DNA of 64,000 bases from Candidatus Poribacteria bacterium (GTDB taxonomy: Bacteria; Poribacteria; WGA-4E; PCPOR2b): assembly GCA_965218095.1 (NCBI GenBank), contig OZ244587.1, positions 128,001-192,000 on the forward strand, in the 5' to 3' direction. A program made the position numbers and the translations under genes. The notes beneath the pieces are model-generated. The model was given only the letters and a program-made list of their open reading frames with translations. It was not told the origin of the DNA and did not search any database. Of the stretch, positions 47,924 to 58,140 are shown in pieces. Numbering within the stretch: position 1 is the first letter of the stretch; each line of letters begins with the position of its first letter.

Positions 47924-49636
47924 CTACCGGCACGTCATCCGAATCACGCCCTCATAAGGAGTTGTGGGGGTAATCAGCAACCGTGCTGTTTCAAGGTTCA
48001 TCGTCCAGTCGTCATCAAAGCTATAGATCTGGTGCGCAGTAATACCGCCGTTGATTTCGATCTCATCCTCACCGTTGACAATCCGCGCCGGTTCTTTATC
48101 GAGAAACACAATCTCGGTTTGGCGGAGATCATATTCCATATCACCGATATATAAGTTCCCCTGTTTCCTCAATCCGAATTCAAGCTGGAGCGGAATTCGC
48201 GCTTCTCCTTCTGTCGTGATACGAAGCTCAAAGCCGTCTGAAATCCGTTCAATCTCCACGAAAATCTGTAGATTCAACGGAATGACCTCCCGTCTGCTCG
48301 GTGTGGGTTTGTATACATATTGGATGATTTCATTTTGGGTGAGGTATACGCCTTGATCGACCGCCAACCCCGCCGGTTCGTAATCGCGAAAGCCGTGGTA
48401 GATGTACTTAATCCGGAGGCCATCAATAATCGCTTCCCCGTTTTGGAGCGCAAACAAGATCTGCTTATCACCAATAATCGTCGCACTCATCTTGTCCGAT
48501 CGAATCCGCGCTATGTTCGACTGCTGATAGACATTTTCATACGGCTGCGGAAGTGGTAGCCGGGTAATCCAGTCGTTGTTTCGCTCAGATTCAATCGCAA
48601 GCAATTCCCCAATGTCAGCGGTCATAAAGAAACGCGAGCTGCCCGCTTTTTTGAAACGCCGATCAGGATGGTTAAGGTTGGGACGAATAAGGCCGTTATC
48701 GAGTCGACGAAGGTAAGCTGTCAATGTCAAATCGCCGGCGGTTGCATAATAGCCGTTGTGATCGATGATCGACATATTCTTCCAGACGTTATAGCCGGCC
48801 GGCATGCCGTTCTCTACTCCCTTTTGGTGGGAAAATTCAGTCGCCACTTCACCATTGGGGTGGAAAGTGTGAAGTAGAAAATTGAGGCTGCGGCGGACAT
48901 ACTCTAAGAGAGGCGGACGATTCAGCCTCTCGGCGAGAACTAGCAACATCGCATTTGATAGCATGCTATAAACGGGACTCCGATCGCCATAAACGCCGTC
49001 ACGGTTAATGTCGATACCATCTTGTAAATAACTCTCAGCTCTCGCTACGGCGGCGCTGTCTCCAAACTGCTTGTCAAATTCGACGAGCGCAGTAGCTGCG
49101 ACCCAGCAATCGTGCGAAGTAAATACAGGCTTGTTTATGATTGCTTCCACCCCTTTACGGAGAAACGCTTCAATCCGCTGAAGCAATTCTTCGTGTTGAG
49201 TCTCACGGGAAAGCCATCGGTATGCCTGCAAGAGTGCATGTGAGGCGAACGCGACAATGGGAGCCGCCCGTATATCACCGCAGAAATATCTGTCAATTGT
49301 GCCATCTGCATGCTGTGAACGGGTGATAAACTGCATCGCAAAATGCATACGCTCAAGCAACTCCGAGTTGTGATAGTATTGAGAATCCGGTGTCATGTAC
49401 AGGGTTGTTAGCGATGCAAACGTATTTGCTGCTGCTAAAGGCTCGCAGACCCAGTGTTCTGGGCAGCAAAATCCCCCGTAATCGCGCCCTGATGGATCCA
49501 AGACCTGCAACCGTAGCGCTTGTGCGGCAAACGCTTCCGCTGCCGCTAATACAGTTTCATAATGAATTCTTGTCGTCATCAATTTACCCTCTTCATCTGG
49601 TCTATTGTTATCGTTCTGAGCATTATGGGTATTCAC
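47924..49636 (-). CDS. Hypothetical protein (alpha/alpha-toroid, polysaccharide lyase/heparinase-like)
   Basis: 570-aa ORF; QH.DGTID, DG.Y.DRS..Y, HPNGEV. Function not assignable. Confidence 0.6.
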   Translation of the reverse strand: MNTHNAQNDNNRPDEEGKLMTTRIHYETVLAAAEAFAAQALRLQVLDPSGRDYGGFCCPEHWVCEPLAAANTFASLTTLYMTPDSQYYHNSELLERMHFAMQFITRSQHADGTIDRYFCGDIRAAPIVAFASHALLQAYRWLSRETQHEELLQRIEAFLRKGVEAIINKPVFTSHDCWVAATALVEFDKQFGDSAAVARAESYLQDGIDINRDGVYGDRSPVYSMLSNAMLLVLAERLNRPPLLEYVRRSLNFLLHTFHPNGEVATEFSHQKGVENGMPAGYNVWKNMSIIDHNGYYATAGDLTLTAYLRRLDNGLIRPNLNHPDRRFKKAGSSRFFMTADIGELLAIESERNNDWITRLPLPQPYENVYQQSNIARIRSDKMSATIIGDKQILFALQNGEAIIDGLRIKYIYHGFRDYEPAGLAVDQGVYLTQNEIIQYVYKPTPSRREVIPLNLQIFVEIERISDGFELRITTEGEARIPLQLEFGLRKQGNLYIGDMEYDLRQTEIVFLDKEPARIVNGEDEIEINGGITAHQIYSFDDDWTMNLETARLLITPTTPYEGVIRMTCR

Positions 49637-49858
49637 CTTTCTTCAAGGTACAATATGAAAACATCAATGTATTTCTGAGAAGTAACACTGACATGGAATT
49701 TCCAAATGCGTGATGAGTGATGAGTGATAAGTGAAGATATGCGTGCGAAATAGTGTGGGTGAATAGACATTTACCATGTAATCATCTCTTTGGAAAGATG
49801 GAAGATTCGGTGCAAATAACGCAATTGCGTTCCTTGTGCTGTTCTTCGGATTTTACTA

Positions 49859-50690
49859 GGTTCTGTTGACATTTGAGTATAAGGTTGTGGCATAATAGAA
49901 GAATGACGCCAATAACCTTACCTGATGAACAATGGAATAAGATATACCGGTTTCTTCTAAGCTGTCCCACCATCTATGTTGGCGACGAAGCTGCTACACG
50001 CCGCTTCGTCGAAGCCGTCCTGTGGGTGACTCGTAGCGGGGCTGAATGGCGGATTCTACCAGACACCTATGGCAAATGGAACACCCGCTACAAGCGGTTT
50101 GCTCGATGGTGCGACAAAGGTATCTTCACACAGATGCACCCCCACTTCGCCTCTGACCCCGATATCGAGTCGCTTATTGTGGACAGTACTATCTGCCGCG
50201 CTCACCCGTCTGCGGCGGGCGCCTTAAAAAAAACGTTGGCACTGAAAACCAAGCATTAGGTCGGTCTCGGGGTGGTTTCAGTACAAAAAATCACATCACA
50301 GTTAACGGACTAGGCAATCCGCTAAGAATTCATCTGACCCCCGGTCAGAGACATGACATAGCTGAGGCGGAAGGGTTGATAATCGGATATAACAGTGAAT
50401 ATGTGATTGGAGACAAGGGGTACGATTCGGACGCTTTTATCGCGGTTATTGAGGCGAATGGAGCGATTGCGGTGATACCGCCAAAAAGTCATCGTGTTGA
50501 CCAAAGAACGTATGACAAACACTTATACAAAGAGAGACATCGGGTTGAATGTTTCATCAACAAGATAAAATGGTATCGTCGTATCTTCTCTCGGTTTGTC
50601 TCTCGGTTTGAGAAGCTAGCTGTCCGTTATTTTGGATTTCTCAGCTTTGTCTCCGCTCTTATATGGCTCCCTTGAAATGTCAACAGAACC
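49859..50690 (+). mobile_element. IS5-family (IS427-group) element with a two-ORF transposase and a -1 frameshift
   Basis: TIRs GGTTCTGTTGACATTT / AAATGTCAACAGAACC flanked by a TA duplication. orfA (WRILP..YGKW, IVDST), an A8 run at 50226-50233, then orfB (GRSRGGFSTK, GDKGYDSD, YKERHRVECF). Confidence 0.92.
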
Positions 50691-50891
50691 TAATTGCTGC
50701 ATTATAGTGGGCAAAGCGGTCTGGGTCATCATTGGGCGGTAGGCTAAAAAATGCCCCAATCAGCGTCGATAGACGCCGTGGGAGATTGCCGCAACCCGTT
50801 CATCGGATTCGGCGTAGATTGCTTGAAGATGAGTAATGAAGTTTCCAGCGTTAGTGAAGACGGTTATTGTCCCAAAAATTCTGCACGCCGC

Positions 50892-51647
50892 TTATTTAGA
50901 TATATGGAGTTGATTGATCAATGACGCACTGTATCCGCCTCCGAATCCATTGTCAATATTGACAACGGTTACGCCTGAAGCGCAACTATTCAGCATGCTC
51001 AACAATGCTGCGACGCCACCAAAACTGGCGCCATAACCCACGCTCGTGGGCACGGCGATGACAGGCTTATCGATCAACCCACCGACAACGCTCGCAAGTG
51101 CACCTTCCATTCCTGCCACGACGACGAGCACACGGGCTTGGATCAGCTTCTCGTGATTGTTGAGCAGGCGATGCAACCCAGCAACGCCGACATCGTACAA
51201 TCGCTCCACACGGTTGCCCATAATCTGTGCGGTTTCCACTGCTTCTTCAGCGACAGGAATATCAGAGGTGCCAGCGGATACGACCAGGATGCCATCGTGC
51301 AGATCGCCGGCAGATCGCCCGATCGTGATTGTGCGTCCGAGTTGATTGAAATGGGCCGATGGATCGAGGGCAACTAACGCTTCGTAAATTTCCGGGGTCG
51401 CACGAGTGGCGAGCAGGAGATGATTGGCAGTGAGAATCCGTTCGCTTATTTCTTTCACCTGATTAACGGTTTTTCCTTCGCAAAAAATGACCTCCGGGAA
51501 ACCTTGTCGTAGTTGCCGATGGTGGTCCACTTTGGAAAACCCAAGATCTTCAAACGGTAAGTGACGTAAAGATTGAATTGCCTTTTCAACTTCAACTTCG
51601 CCGTGCTTAACCTGTTCAAAGAGCACACGTAATCTGTCGAGATTCAT
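50892..51647 (-). CDS. larB: Nickel-pincer cofactor biosynthesis protein LarB (PurE-like)
   Basis: [64 protein letters not shown]. Confidence 0.92.
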   Translation of the reverse strand: MNLDRLRVLFEQVKHGEVEVEKAIQSLRHLPFEDLGFSKVDHHRQLRQGFPEVIFCEGKTVNQVKEISERILTANHLLLATRATPEIYEALVALDPSAHFNQLGRTITIGRSAGDLHDGILVVSAGTSDIPVAEEAVETAQIMGNRVERLYDVGVAGLHRLLNNHEKLIQARVLVVVAGMEGALASVVGGLIDKPVIAVPTSVGYGASFGGVAALLSMLNSCASGVTVVNIDNGFGGGYSASLINQLHISK

Positions 51648-51669
51648 TTAATTTTTGGCTCCAGATAAA

Positions 51670-51706
51670 GAAACCACAGGCATCCGATGCTTCCACCTGT
51701 GGTTTC
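51670..51706 (-). terminator. Hairpin after the YtxH gene
   Basis: GAAACCACAGG...CCTGTGGTTTC, an 11-bp stem with a short U tract. Confidence 0.45.
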
Positions 51707-51736
51707 GGTTTCTAAAGAATATGCAATGTGTGAATC

Positions 51737-52117
51737 TTAACTAACCGATTCCCCTTCGTCGGCTTCGACCTCTGCCTCTTCGCTATCATTCGAGATGATA
51801 GTGGCAAGGTCTGCCTTCTTCTCGACGAAAGCAGCTTTTCCAGCCTCAACTGCCGCTTTCATACCCTCCGCTGCTTCGTCAATGCGCGTTCTCCCCTGAT
51901 CGACCAGGGCAGTTACCCTTTCCTTTGTCACTTCTCTTGCTCTATGGGCAGTTCCAACGGTTCGTGCTTTCGCATCCATGGAAGCATCGCGGATTTTTTC
52001 TCGTGTCTCTCTGCCGGGCATTGGCGCGAAGAGTAAACTGAGAATTGCACCGACTATCCCGCCCAGAAAGAAAGCAAACACAACGGCAAGCCCATTGCCT
52101 TGTTTTTCGTTATCCAT
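51737..52117 (-). CDS. YtxH-domain protein
   Basis: FFLGGIVGAILSLLFAPMPGRETREKI. Confidence 0.85.
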   Translation of the reverse strand: MDNEKQGNGLAVVFAFFLGGIVGAILSLLFAPMPGRETREKIRDASMDAKARTVGTAHRAREVTKERVTALVDQGRTRIDEAAEGMKAAVEAGKAAFVEKKADLATIISNDSEEAEVEADEGESVS

Positions 52118-52147
52118 TTGAATGACCTCCTTCGCTGTTATGATTGA

Positions 52148-52395
52148 TTATTTTTCCAAAATTTCGCTAATCCGCTCTATCCCCTGATTAACGAAATCAC
52201 CGACCGCTTCTTTCGCTTTGTGAGTCGCTTCAACCGTTCGTTCTTTGGCATCAATAGAGGCTCTGCGAATCTGCTGTCTCGTTTTCCTGCCTAGCTGTGG
52301 CGCCAGCAGTAAACTGAGGGTCGCACCGACCAGGGGCTGCCTATGGACAAACCAACCACAAACCAGAGCGCGCTATTTCCTCTTTCGTTATCCAT
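52148..52395 (-). pseudogene. Second YtxH-like gene, frameshifted
   Basis: MDNERGNSALWFVVG, then a shifted frame LSLLLAPQLGRKTRQQIRRASIDAK. Confidence 0.7.
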
Positions 52396-52464
52396 TTCGA
52401 TTACTCCTTTCGCCAACAGGGTATAGTTTGCTTGCACTCGTTCTTAACATGAGCCAATAGCGAT

Positions 52465-53034
52465 TTACTCGCTTTGTTCCTGTTGGGTTGTATCTTCCGA
52501 ATCTGATGTGCGTGACTTCCGAAACTGATGGAATACCTCCCAGCCCGCTTTAATCCCGCTCCATCCACTGATAATGTCTGTGACAGGGACGGAAAGTTGA
52601 TCGCGATAGTATTTCGCACGCTTAACTGTTGTTTGCGAAAAATCCGTTAAGACGTTGATCAATTCGTCAATTTTCGCAACGTTTCGGTTTATCGTTTCCG
52701 TCATTTCCTGGATGCTATGCGTCGTCGGTTGGATCTCGGATTCGCTAATCTGCTGGATGGAAGCCGTGATACCATTAACATTCTCAAGCAACTGTGGAAG
52801 TTCGCGGTTCAATTCCGTAACCGTTTGATCCAAAGATTCGAGTAAGGTGCTGACCTCTTTATGTACACCTACCAGGTTTTCGGTAGATTTGAGTAAGTTG
52901 CTGACCTCTTTGTCTACCAGATTCTCTATGGACTTCAAAGCTCTTCCAATACTATACGCCAGCGACACAAACAACCAAGCTAGTGCTAATAGCGCCAAAG
53001 CTAAAGGAATTTGCCATAAAAGCGAAGTGTTCAT
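52465..53034 (-). CDS. DUF948 (YtxG-like) membrane-anchored coiled-coil protein
   Basis: N-terminal TM, coiled-coil body, upstream of the YtxH genes. Confidence 0.65.
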   Translation of the reverse strand: MNTSLLWQIPLALALLALAWLFVSLAYSIGRALKSIENLVDKEVSNLLKSTENLVGVHKEVSTLLESLDQTVTELNRELPQLLENVNGITASIQQISESEIQPTTHSIQEMTETINRNVAKIDELINVLTDFSQTTVKRAKYYRDQLSVPVTDIISGWSGIKAGWEVFHQFRKSRTSDSEDTTQQEQSE

Positions 53035-53093
53035 ATTTTATTCCTTACAATGCTATATCCGACCCCGATCTTCATCGCGGTTTCAGCCGATAT

Positions 53094-55748
53094 TTAATTC
53101 TGACTCGCCACAATTTTCACGATCGCATCAATTGCACTTTTCATCTTGCTGGGATTTTTGCCCCCGCCCTGAGCAAGTTCAGGATGGCCGCCACCACGAC
53201 CATCAGCAAGACGAGTGACTTTCTGGATAATCTTCCCGGCTTGCAAGCCGCGATCTTTCACAAGATCTGGCGTGACACCGGCGACAAACACGACGTCGTT
53301 ACCGGTGGCCGAAGCAAGCACGACAACACCGGATCCAATGCGGCTCTTCAGATCATCAACGAGCTGACGAAGCCCGTTCCGATCCGTGTTTTCAAGGGTG
53401 GCAGCAATCACACGAAAACCATCGACGGTGGCAGCGTTATTCACCAAACCGGCGACCTGCGATTGGGCAATCTTCGATTGAAGCTCCTGGATCTGCCGTT
53501 CAAGTTCTCGATTCGTTTGCAGGAGTGCTTCAACACGTTCAGGTATGAGCTGCTTTTGGGTTTTGAGCATATTTGCGACAGCGGCAAGTGTGTCATCTTC
53601 GGAGCAGATGTGTTGATAAGCCAGCGTCCCTGTCAGCGCCTCAACGCGACGAATGCCAGCAGCGATGCTGCTTTCACTGATGATTTTCACAAGCCCGATC
53701 TCGCCAGTCGCGTGGATGTGCGTTCCGCCGCACAGTTCCTTGCTGTAGTCACCAATTTGAACAAAGCGCACGATCTCGCCATACTTATCGCCAAAGAAGG
53801 CAAGCGCCCCGCGGTCTTTGGCTTCCTGCAGCGGAAGGTAGTCGGTTGAAACAACATCATTCCAGCGAACCTTGTCGTTGAGGTCGCTTTCGATCTCGTG
53901 CAGTTGTTCCGGCGTGACGGCCTCGTAGTGCGTGAAGTCGAAGCGCAATCGTCCTGACTCAACGAGCGAACCCGCCTGACCAACGTGCGTTCCGAGAACA
54001 GTCCGCAATGCGTCGTGGAGGATATGCGTTGCAGTGTGGCTGACAGCGATGTGCTGCCGTCGTGTCGCATCTATCTTAGCCTCCACAGTCGTCTGTGGAG
54101 TGATTTCCCCTTCGACCACCTTGCATTTGTGAACGCACAGATCGGGAGCCGGCTTCATGGTGTCGATGACTTCAAGTTTCGCGTTTTCGCTCTTGATGGC
54201 GCCAATATCGCCCACTTGACCGCCCGATTCTCCGTAGAAAGGTGTCCGATTAAGGATGACGGAAACGTCCTCGTCCCCATGTACGCCCGACACCAATTCA
54301 TCTCCTCGGATCAACGCGACGACTTTCGCCTCCGCCTGGATGTGGTCATAGCCCAAAAACTCGGTTTCGCCGGATTCCTTGAGGATGTCCACATAGATTG
54401 CCTCACCTTTGTCTTCGCCCCCCGCAGTTTTCCAATCCGCACGGCTGCGCTCTCGCTGCCGTGACATGCTTTCGGCAAACCCTTCTTCATCAACGGAAAA
54501 ATCCCGTTCTCGCGCAAGGATCTGCGTGAGGTCTAGCGGAAATCCAAATGTGTCGTATAGCTCAAAGGCTCGCTTACCCGGAAGCACAAATTGGTTCTGC
54601 GCTTGGAGTTCATCGAGCGAACTTGTGAGAATTTCGAGACCACGATCGAGGGTTTGATGGAAGCGTCCTTCTTCGCCCTGAATAATTCGCTTGACAAAGT
54701 CGTGGCGCGGTAGGACATCGGAGAAAACAGGACCCAGCAAATCAATGACCTTATCCACAAGGTTATAAATGAAAGGCTCATCCATGCCCAACCGTTTGCC
54801 ATAAAGGACAGCACGACGGAGAATTCGGCGAATTACATAGCCACGCCCTTCGTTGGAAGGCATCACCCCATCGCTGATGGCGAAGGTGAGACACCGAATG
54901 TGATCTGCGATGACGCGGTGTGGAACGCCGCGCATATCGTCAAAATATTCTTTGTCCGTGATATTGGAAATATCTTCAAGGATTGGAATAAACAGATCCG
55001 TTTTATAATTAGAATCGACGTCTTGCAGGATGGCGACCATCCGCTCGAAACCCATACCGGTATCGACATGCTTATCGGGGAGCGGTTCGAGTGTTCTGTC
55101 TGCCAGTCGATTGTATTGCATAAAGACCAGATTCCAGATTTCGCAGTATCGCTTGCAAACACCCGGCACACATTCCCCTTTGCATTGCTCAGGAGTCGGA
55201 CATCCCTCTGGCCCAAGATCGAATAGTAATTCGGAATTCGGACCACAGGGGCCGGTATCCGCCATTTCCCAGAAATTGTCCTTCTCACCAAACCGCAGGA
55301 CACGTTCAATAGGCACATCCGTCAATTCAGCCCAGAGTTCCATCGACTCATCATCCTCACGAAAGACCGTCGCCCAGAGTTTTTGCTTGGGCAGTTTCCA
55401 GATCTCTGTGATGAGTTCCCACGCAAACGCAATCGCCTCACGTTTATAGTAATCTCCAAAGGACCAATTCCCTAACATCTCAAAGAAGGTTTGGTGTTGC
55501 CTGGAGTAGCCGACCTCTTCCAGATCATTGTGCTTGCCGCTGACGCGGATACATTTTTGGGTATCGACAGCCCTTTTGTATTCGCGGCTACCGATTCCTA
55601 AGAACATATCCTTAAACTGGACCATGCCGCAGTTTGTGAACATCAGGGTCGGATCCTCAGCCGGGATGACCGGTGCGCTAGGAACAATCGTGTGGCCCCG
55701 TTTTTGGAAATACTCTAAAAAACCTGATCGAATTTCGTCTGATGTCAT
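53094..55748 (-). CDS. alaS: Alanine-tRNA ligase
   Basis: DPTLMFTN.GMVQFK, TFFEMLGNWSFGDY, DTGMGFER, HTATH, ELCGGTH. Confidence 0.98.
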   Translation of the reverse strand: MTSDEIRSGFLEYFQKRGHTIVPSAPVIPAEDPTLMFTNCGMVQFKDMFLGIGSREYKRAVDTQKCIRVSGKHNDLEEVGYSRQHQTFFEMLGNWSFGDYYKREAIAFAWELITEIWKLPKQKLWATVFREDDESMELWAELTDVPIERVLRFGEKDNFWEMADTGPCGPNSELLFDLGPEGCPTPEQCKGECVPGVCKRYCEIWNLVFMQYNRLADRTLEPLPDKHVDTGMGFERMVAILQDVDSNYKTDLFIPILEDISNITDKEYFDDMRGVPHRVIADHIRCLTFAISDGVMPSNEGRGYVIRRILRRAVLYGKRLGMDEPFIYNLVDKVIDLLGPVFSDVLPRHDFVKRIIQGEEGRFHQTLDRGLEILTSSLDELQAQNQFVLPGKRAFELYDTFGFPLDLTQILARERDFSVDEEGFAESMSRQRERSRADWKTAGGEDKGEAIYVDILKESGETEFLGYDHIQAEAKVVALIRGDELVSGVHGDEDVSVILNRTPFYGESGGQVGDIGAIKSENAKLEVIDTMKPAPDLCVHKCKVVEGEITPQTTVEAKIDATRRQHIAVSHTATHILHDALRTVLGTHVGQAGSLVESGRLRFDFTHYEAVTPEQLHEIESDLNDKVRWNDVVSTDYLPLQEAKDRGALAFFGDKYGEIVRFVQIGDYSKELCGGTHIHATGEIGLVKIISESSIAAGIRRVEALTGTLAYQHICSEDDTLAAVANMLKTQKQLIPERVEALLQTNRELERQIQELQSKIAQSQVAGLVNNAATVDGFRVIAATLENTDRNGLRQLVDDLKSRIGSGVVVLASATGNDVVFVAGVTPDLVKDRGLQAGKIIQKVTRLADGRGGGHPELAQGGGKNPSKMKSAIDAIVKIVASQN

Positions 55749-55755
55749 GATTCAT

Positions 55756-56385
55756 CTACCCTTTTAACACTTGGTCGATTGCTCTTTGAATCGTTTCATA
55801 GTCAAACCCACGTCTCAATAGAAAACCGTGCAGCCGCCGTTTGGCAACATGCTGCGGAAGGGATTTGTAATGCTTCACCTGTTTTTGCGCCAATTGAAGC
55901 GTCAGGTTCGCTTCCTCCTCATTGTCAATGTCCTCAAGAACACGGTCTACGGTGGTTTTGTCGATTCCCTTATTGGTCAACTCACGCTGCAACATCTTTT
56001 TGCTTCGTGGCTTTGAACGCTGACGGCGGCTCACCCAATTCTTAGCGAATTTTTCATCCTTGATATAGCCGAGATGCTCCAGGTCTTCCAACGTTGTGTC
56101 GATTGCCCTCTGGCCAAAGCCTTTCTGCCCAAGTTGCTCAATCATCTGCTCCTTGCCGTAGCTCTGGCTGAGTAGAAGATCAAAAGCGTAGTTCTTTGCT
56201 CGCATCCCTTCGTCCGCTTCGATCAGCTTTTGAAGCACCTCATCCTCAATCTCCAGCCCGATTCGCAGGCCGAACCTGGTGATCAGACTTGGATCGACGC
56301 TGCAAAACGGTTCATCCTCGAGAAAGAGGGTTCGGCGAGCGGAGTGCTTCCCTTCAATCTGAATGTCGGTGATTTTCTTTTTCAT
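55756..56385 (-). CDS. recX: Regulatory protein RecX
   Basis: LGYIKDEKFA, ELTNKGI, FLLRRGF; directly upstream of alaS. Confidence 0.85.
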   Translation of the reverse strand: MKKKITDIQIEGKHSARRTLFLEDEPFCSVDPSLITRFGLRIGLEIEDEVLQKLIEADEGMRAKNYAFDLLLSQSYGKEQMIEQLGQKGFGQRAIDTTLEDLEHLGYIKDEKFAKNWVSRRQRSKPRSKKMLQRELTNKGIDKTTVDRVLEDIDNEEEANLTLQLAQKQVKHYKSLPQHVAKRRLHGFLLRRGFDYETIQRAIDQVLKG

Positions 56386-56413
56386 TGTGTTTCCGTTGCA
56401 ATCGGTTCACGTT

Positions 56414-57043
56414 TCATTCCTCTGGCGTTCCCGCCCAGAGTGCACCCCGTTGCAAAAGTATCGGGAACTTCTCATGTCGGCAGGCTTTGGGGTCGTGTCC
56501 CAAGGCGAGATAGAACACGCGACCCTTCCCCCAACTTTTCGTCCATGCCACAGGCACCGCAGCTCCTTGCCACAGCGCAGAGGCAAGCACATGCACACGC
56601 GGATCGTAGTCGAGGATATACTGCTCATCAGTTACCATAAATTCGTCGAGCCCTTCCGTGATTGGATGTTCTGTATCCACGATGCTGACTTGATAATCCC
56701 GATAGCGCGGATGGGTGACGAAATATCCACCAACCATTGCTCGGTACTCTGGACACCCCCTGAACGAGTCGGTTGCGGAGTGAACTCCGACATAACCCTT
56801 GCCCGAAGCGATGTGGTTCAGCAGGCCATTCTTCTGTGCATCCGTGATTTCTCCAATAGTGTAGTAAAAAACAATCAGATCATAGGGGTCAAGATTGGGG
56901 GCAATCAACGCATCAAGGTCTTCTTCGACTTTGGTGATTTCAAACTGGTCTCGTTGCGAGAGTGCGTCAATAATCACTTCGCTGCACCCTTTCCAATCGT
57001 GCACCGCCCCGCCAGCAAATACCAGAGTATTGATTTTTCCCAT
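56414..57043 (-). CDS. ThuA-domain protein
   Basis: GGAVHDW, GYVGVHSATD, GGYFVTHP, DEQY, WGKGRVFYLALGHD. Confidence 0.9.
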   Translation of the reverse strand: MGKINTLVFAGGAVHDWKGCSEVIIDALSQRDQFEITKVEEDLDALIAPNLDPYDLIVFYYTIGEITDAQKNGLLNHIASGKGYVGVHSATDSFRGCPEYRAMVGGYFVTHPRYRDYQVSIVDTEHPITEGLDEFMVTDEQYILDYDPRVHVLASALWQGAAVPVAWTKSWGKGRVFYLALGHDPKACRHEKFPILLQRGALWAGTPEE

Positions 57044-57622
57044 TGCACTTCCTCCTTTATAATGTTAACAACGACTGACCTTTCGCATAATACGGAAGTA
57101 AGTTTTTTTAATTTCGGAATATGAACCCGCACATAGAGCGGATCCGATGATCGACCGTTTCGATTACAAAACCGGGGCGAGCCCGTGATGCATTAATCGA
57201 TCGAATCAGGATGCCGGGGCCCCTTGCTACAACTGGATCGAAAAATCAAAAAAACTTGCCGAAAATAATGCGAAAGGTCAGACCAAGTTCAGGTTGCAAA
57301 CCAAGCGATTCGTAAATCCGCCCATCACGGTCACTGAATTCGACTTCAAACGTTTCACCAAAGGATTCATCATCTTTATGTTTTACTCAATATGACTTCT
57401 GAGACATTTTTATTTAGAAACGGTATGATATTCCCCTTTTGGTAAGGTAAGAACGATGATGGGATTATAATATCATAAGTCTGCGGAAAACACAAGCCAA
57501 CATTCAAAGGAAATAGAAAGTTCCGATGAGAAACCCCGATCGAAGATCGGGGTTCGGCGACGAATTTGACCGCAAATTGACGCGGTGCAATCAACCTTCC
57601 GAAGGTTGTTTTGACCCATTTT

Positions 57623-58040
57623 CTATGCGAGGGAAATTTCTATCAAGGTCTTTGAATCGGTCAGGTTGCCATTGCTGACGCTCACGGTAATGGTACATTC
57701 ACCGGTTTGACCGGTATCCGGGGTGGAGGTGAACACTCCGGCACCCGCATTCAGAATTGAATTGGACGTTAATATCGAAAAAGGTGTCGTTGTCCATGCC
57801 GCTCGGCGGGCTAAGGATGTTTGCCGTATGGATAACGGCATCGACATTAGCGACCAGTTTTGAAGATAGTTCCTGATCACGGAGGTCGCCATCGACGAGC
57901 TTAACCTCAAAGCCGTTGAGTTTGAACTGTTTCGGATCATCGGGAATCACAAGGGCTTTGACAGCGTAGCCGCGGTCGAGCAACTGTTGGGTGAGATTGG
58001 CGCCGAGCCGCCCCGTTGCACCTGTGACGAGAATTTTCAT
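57623..58040 (-). pseudogene. Truncated NAD-dependent epimerase joined to an Ig-like (He_PIG-type) fragment
   Basis: MKILVTGATGRLG...VIHTA ends near 57765, then GVFTSTPDTGQTGECTITVSVSNG follows in another frame. Confidence 0.65.
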
Positions 58041-58140
58041 AGTGCCTACCTTGTTTCCGAAGTCTGATGTCCGACTTGGCGTTCAAAAGTTCCAAAGTTC
58101 AGGGGTACAAACGAACTAATGAACATCTGAACCCATTTCC

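Noticed and set aside
57120-57375. Possible IstB-like (IS21) remnant (ITVTEFDFKR)
   Set aside because: Similarity is too short and there are no TIRs or Walker motifs.
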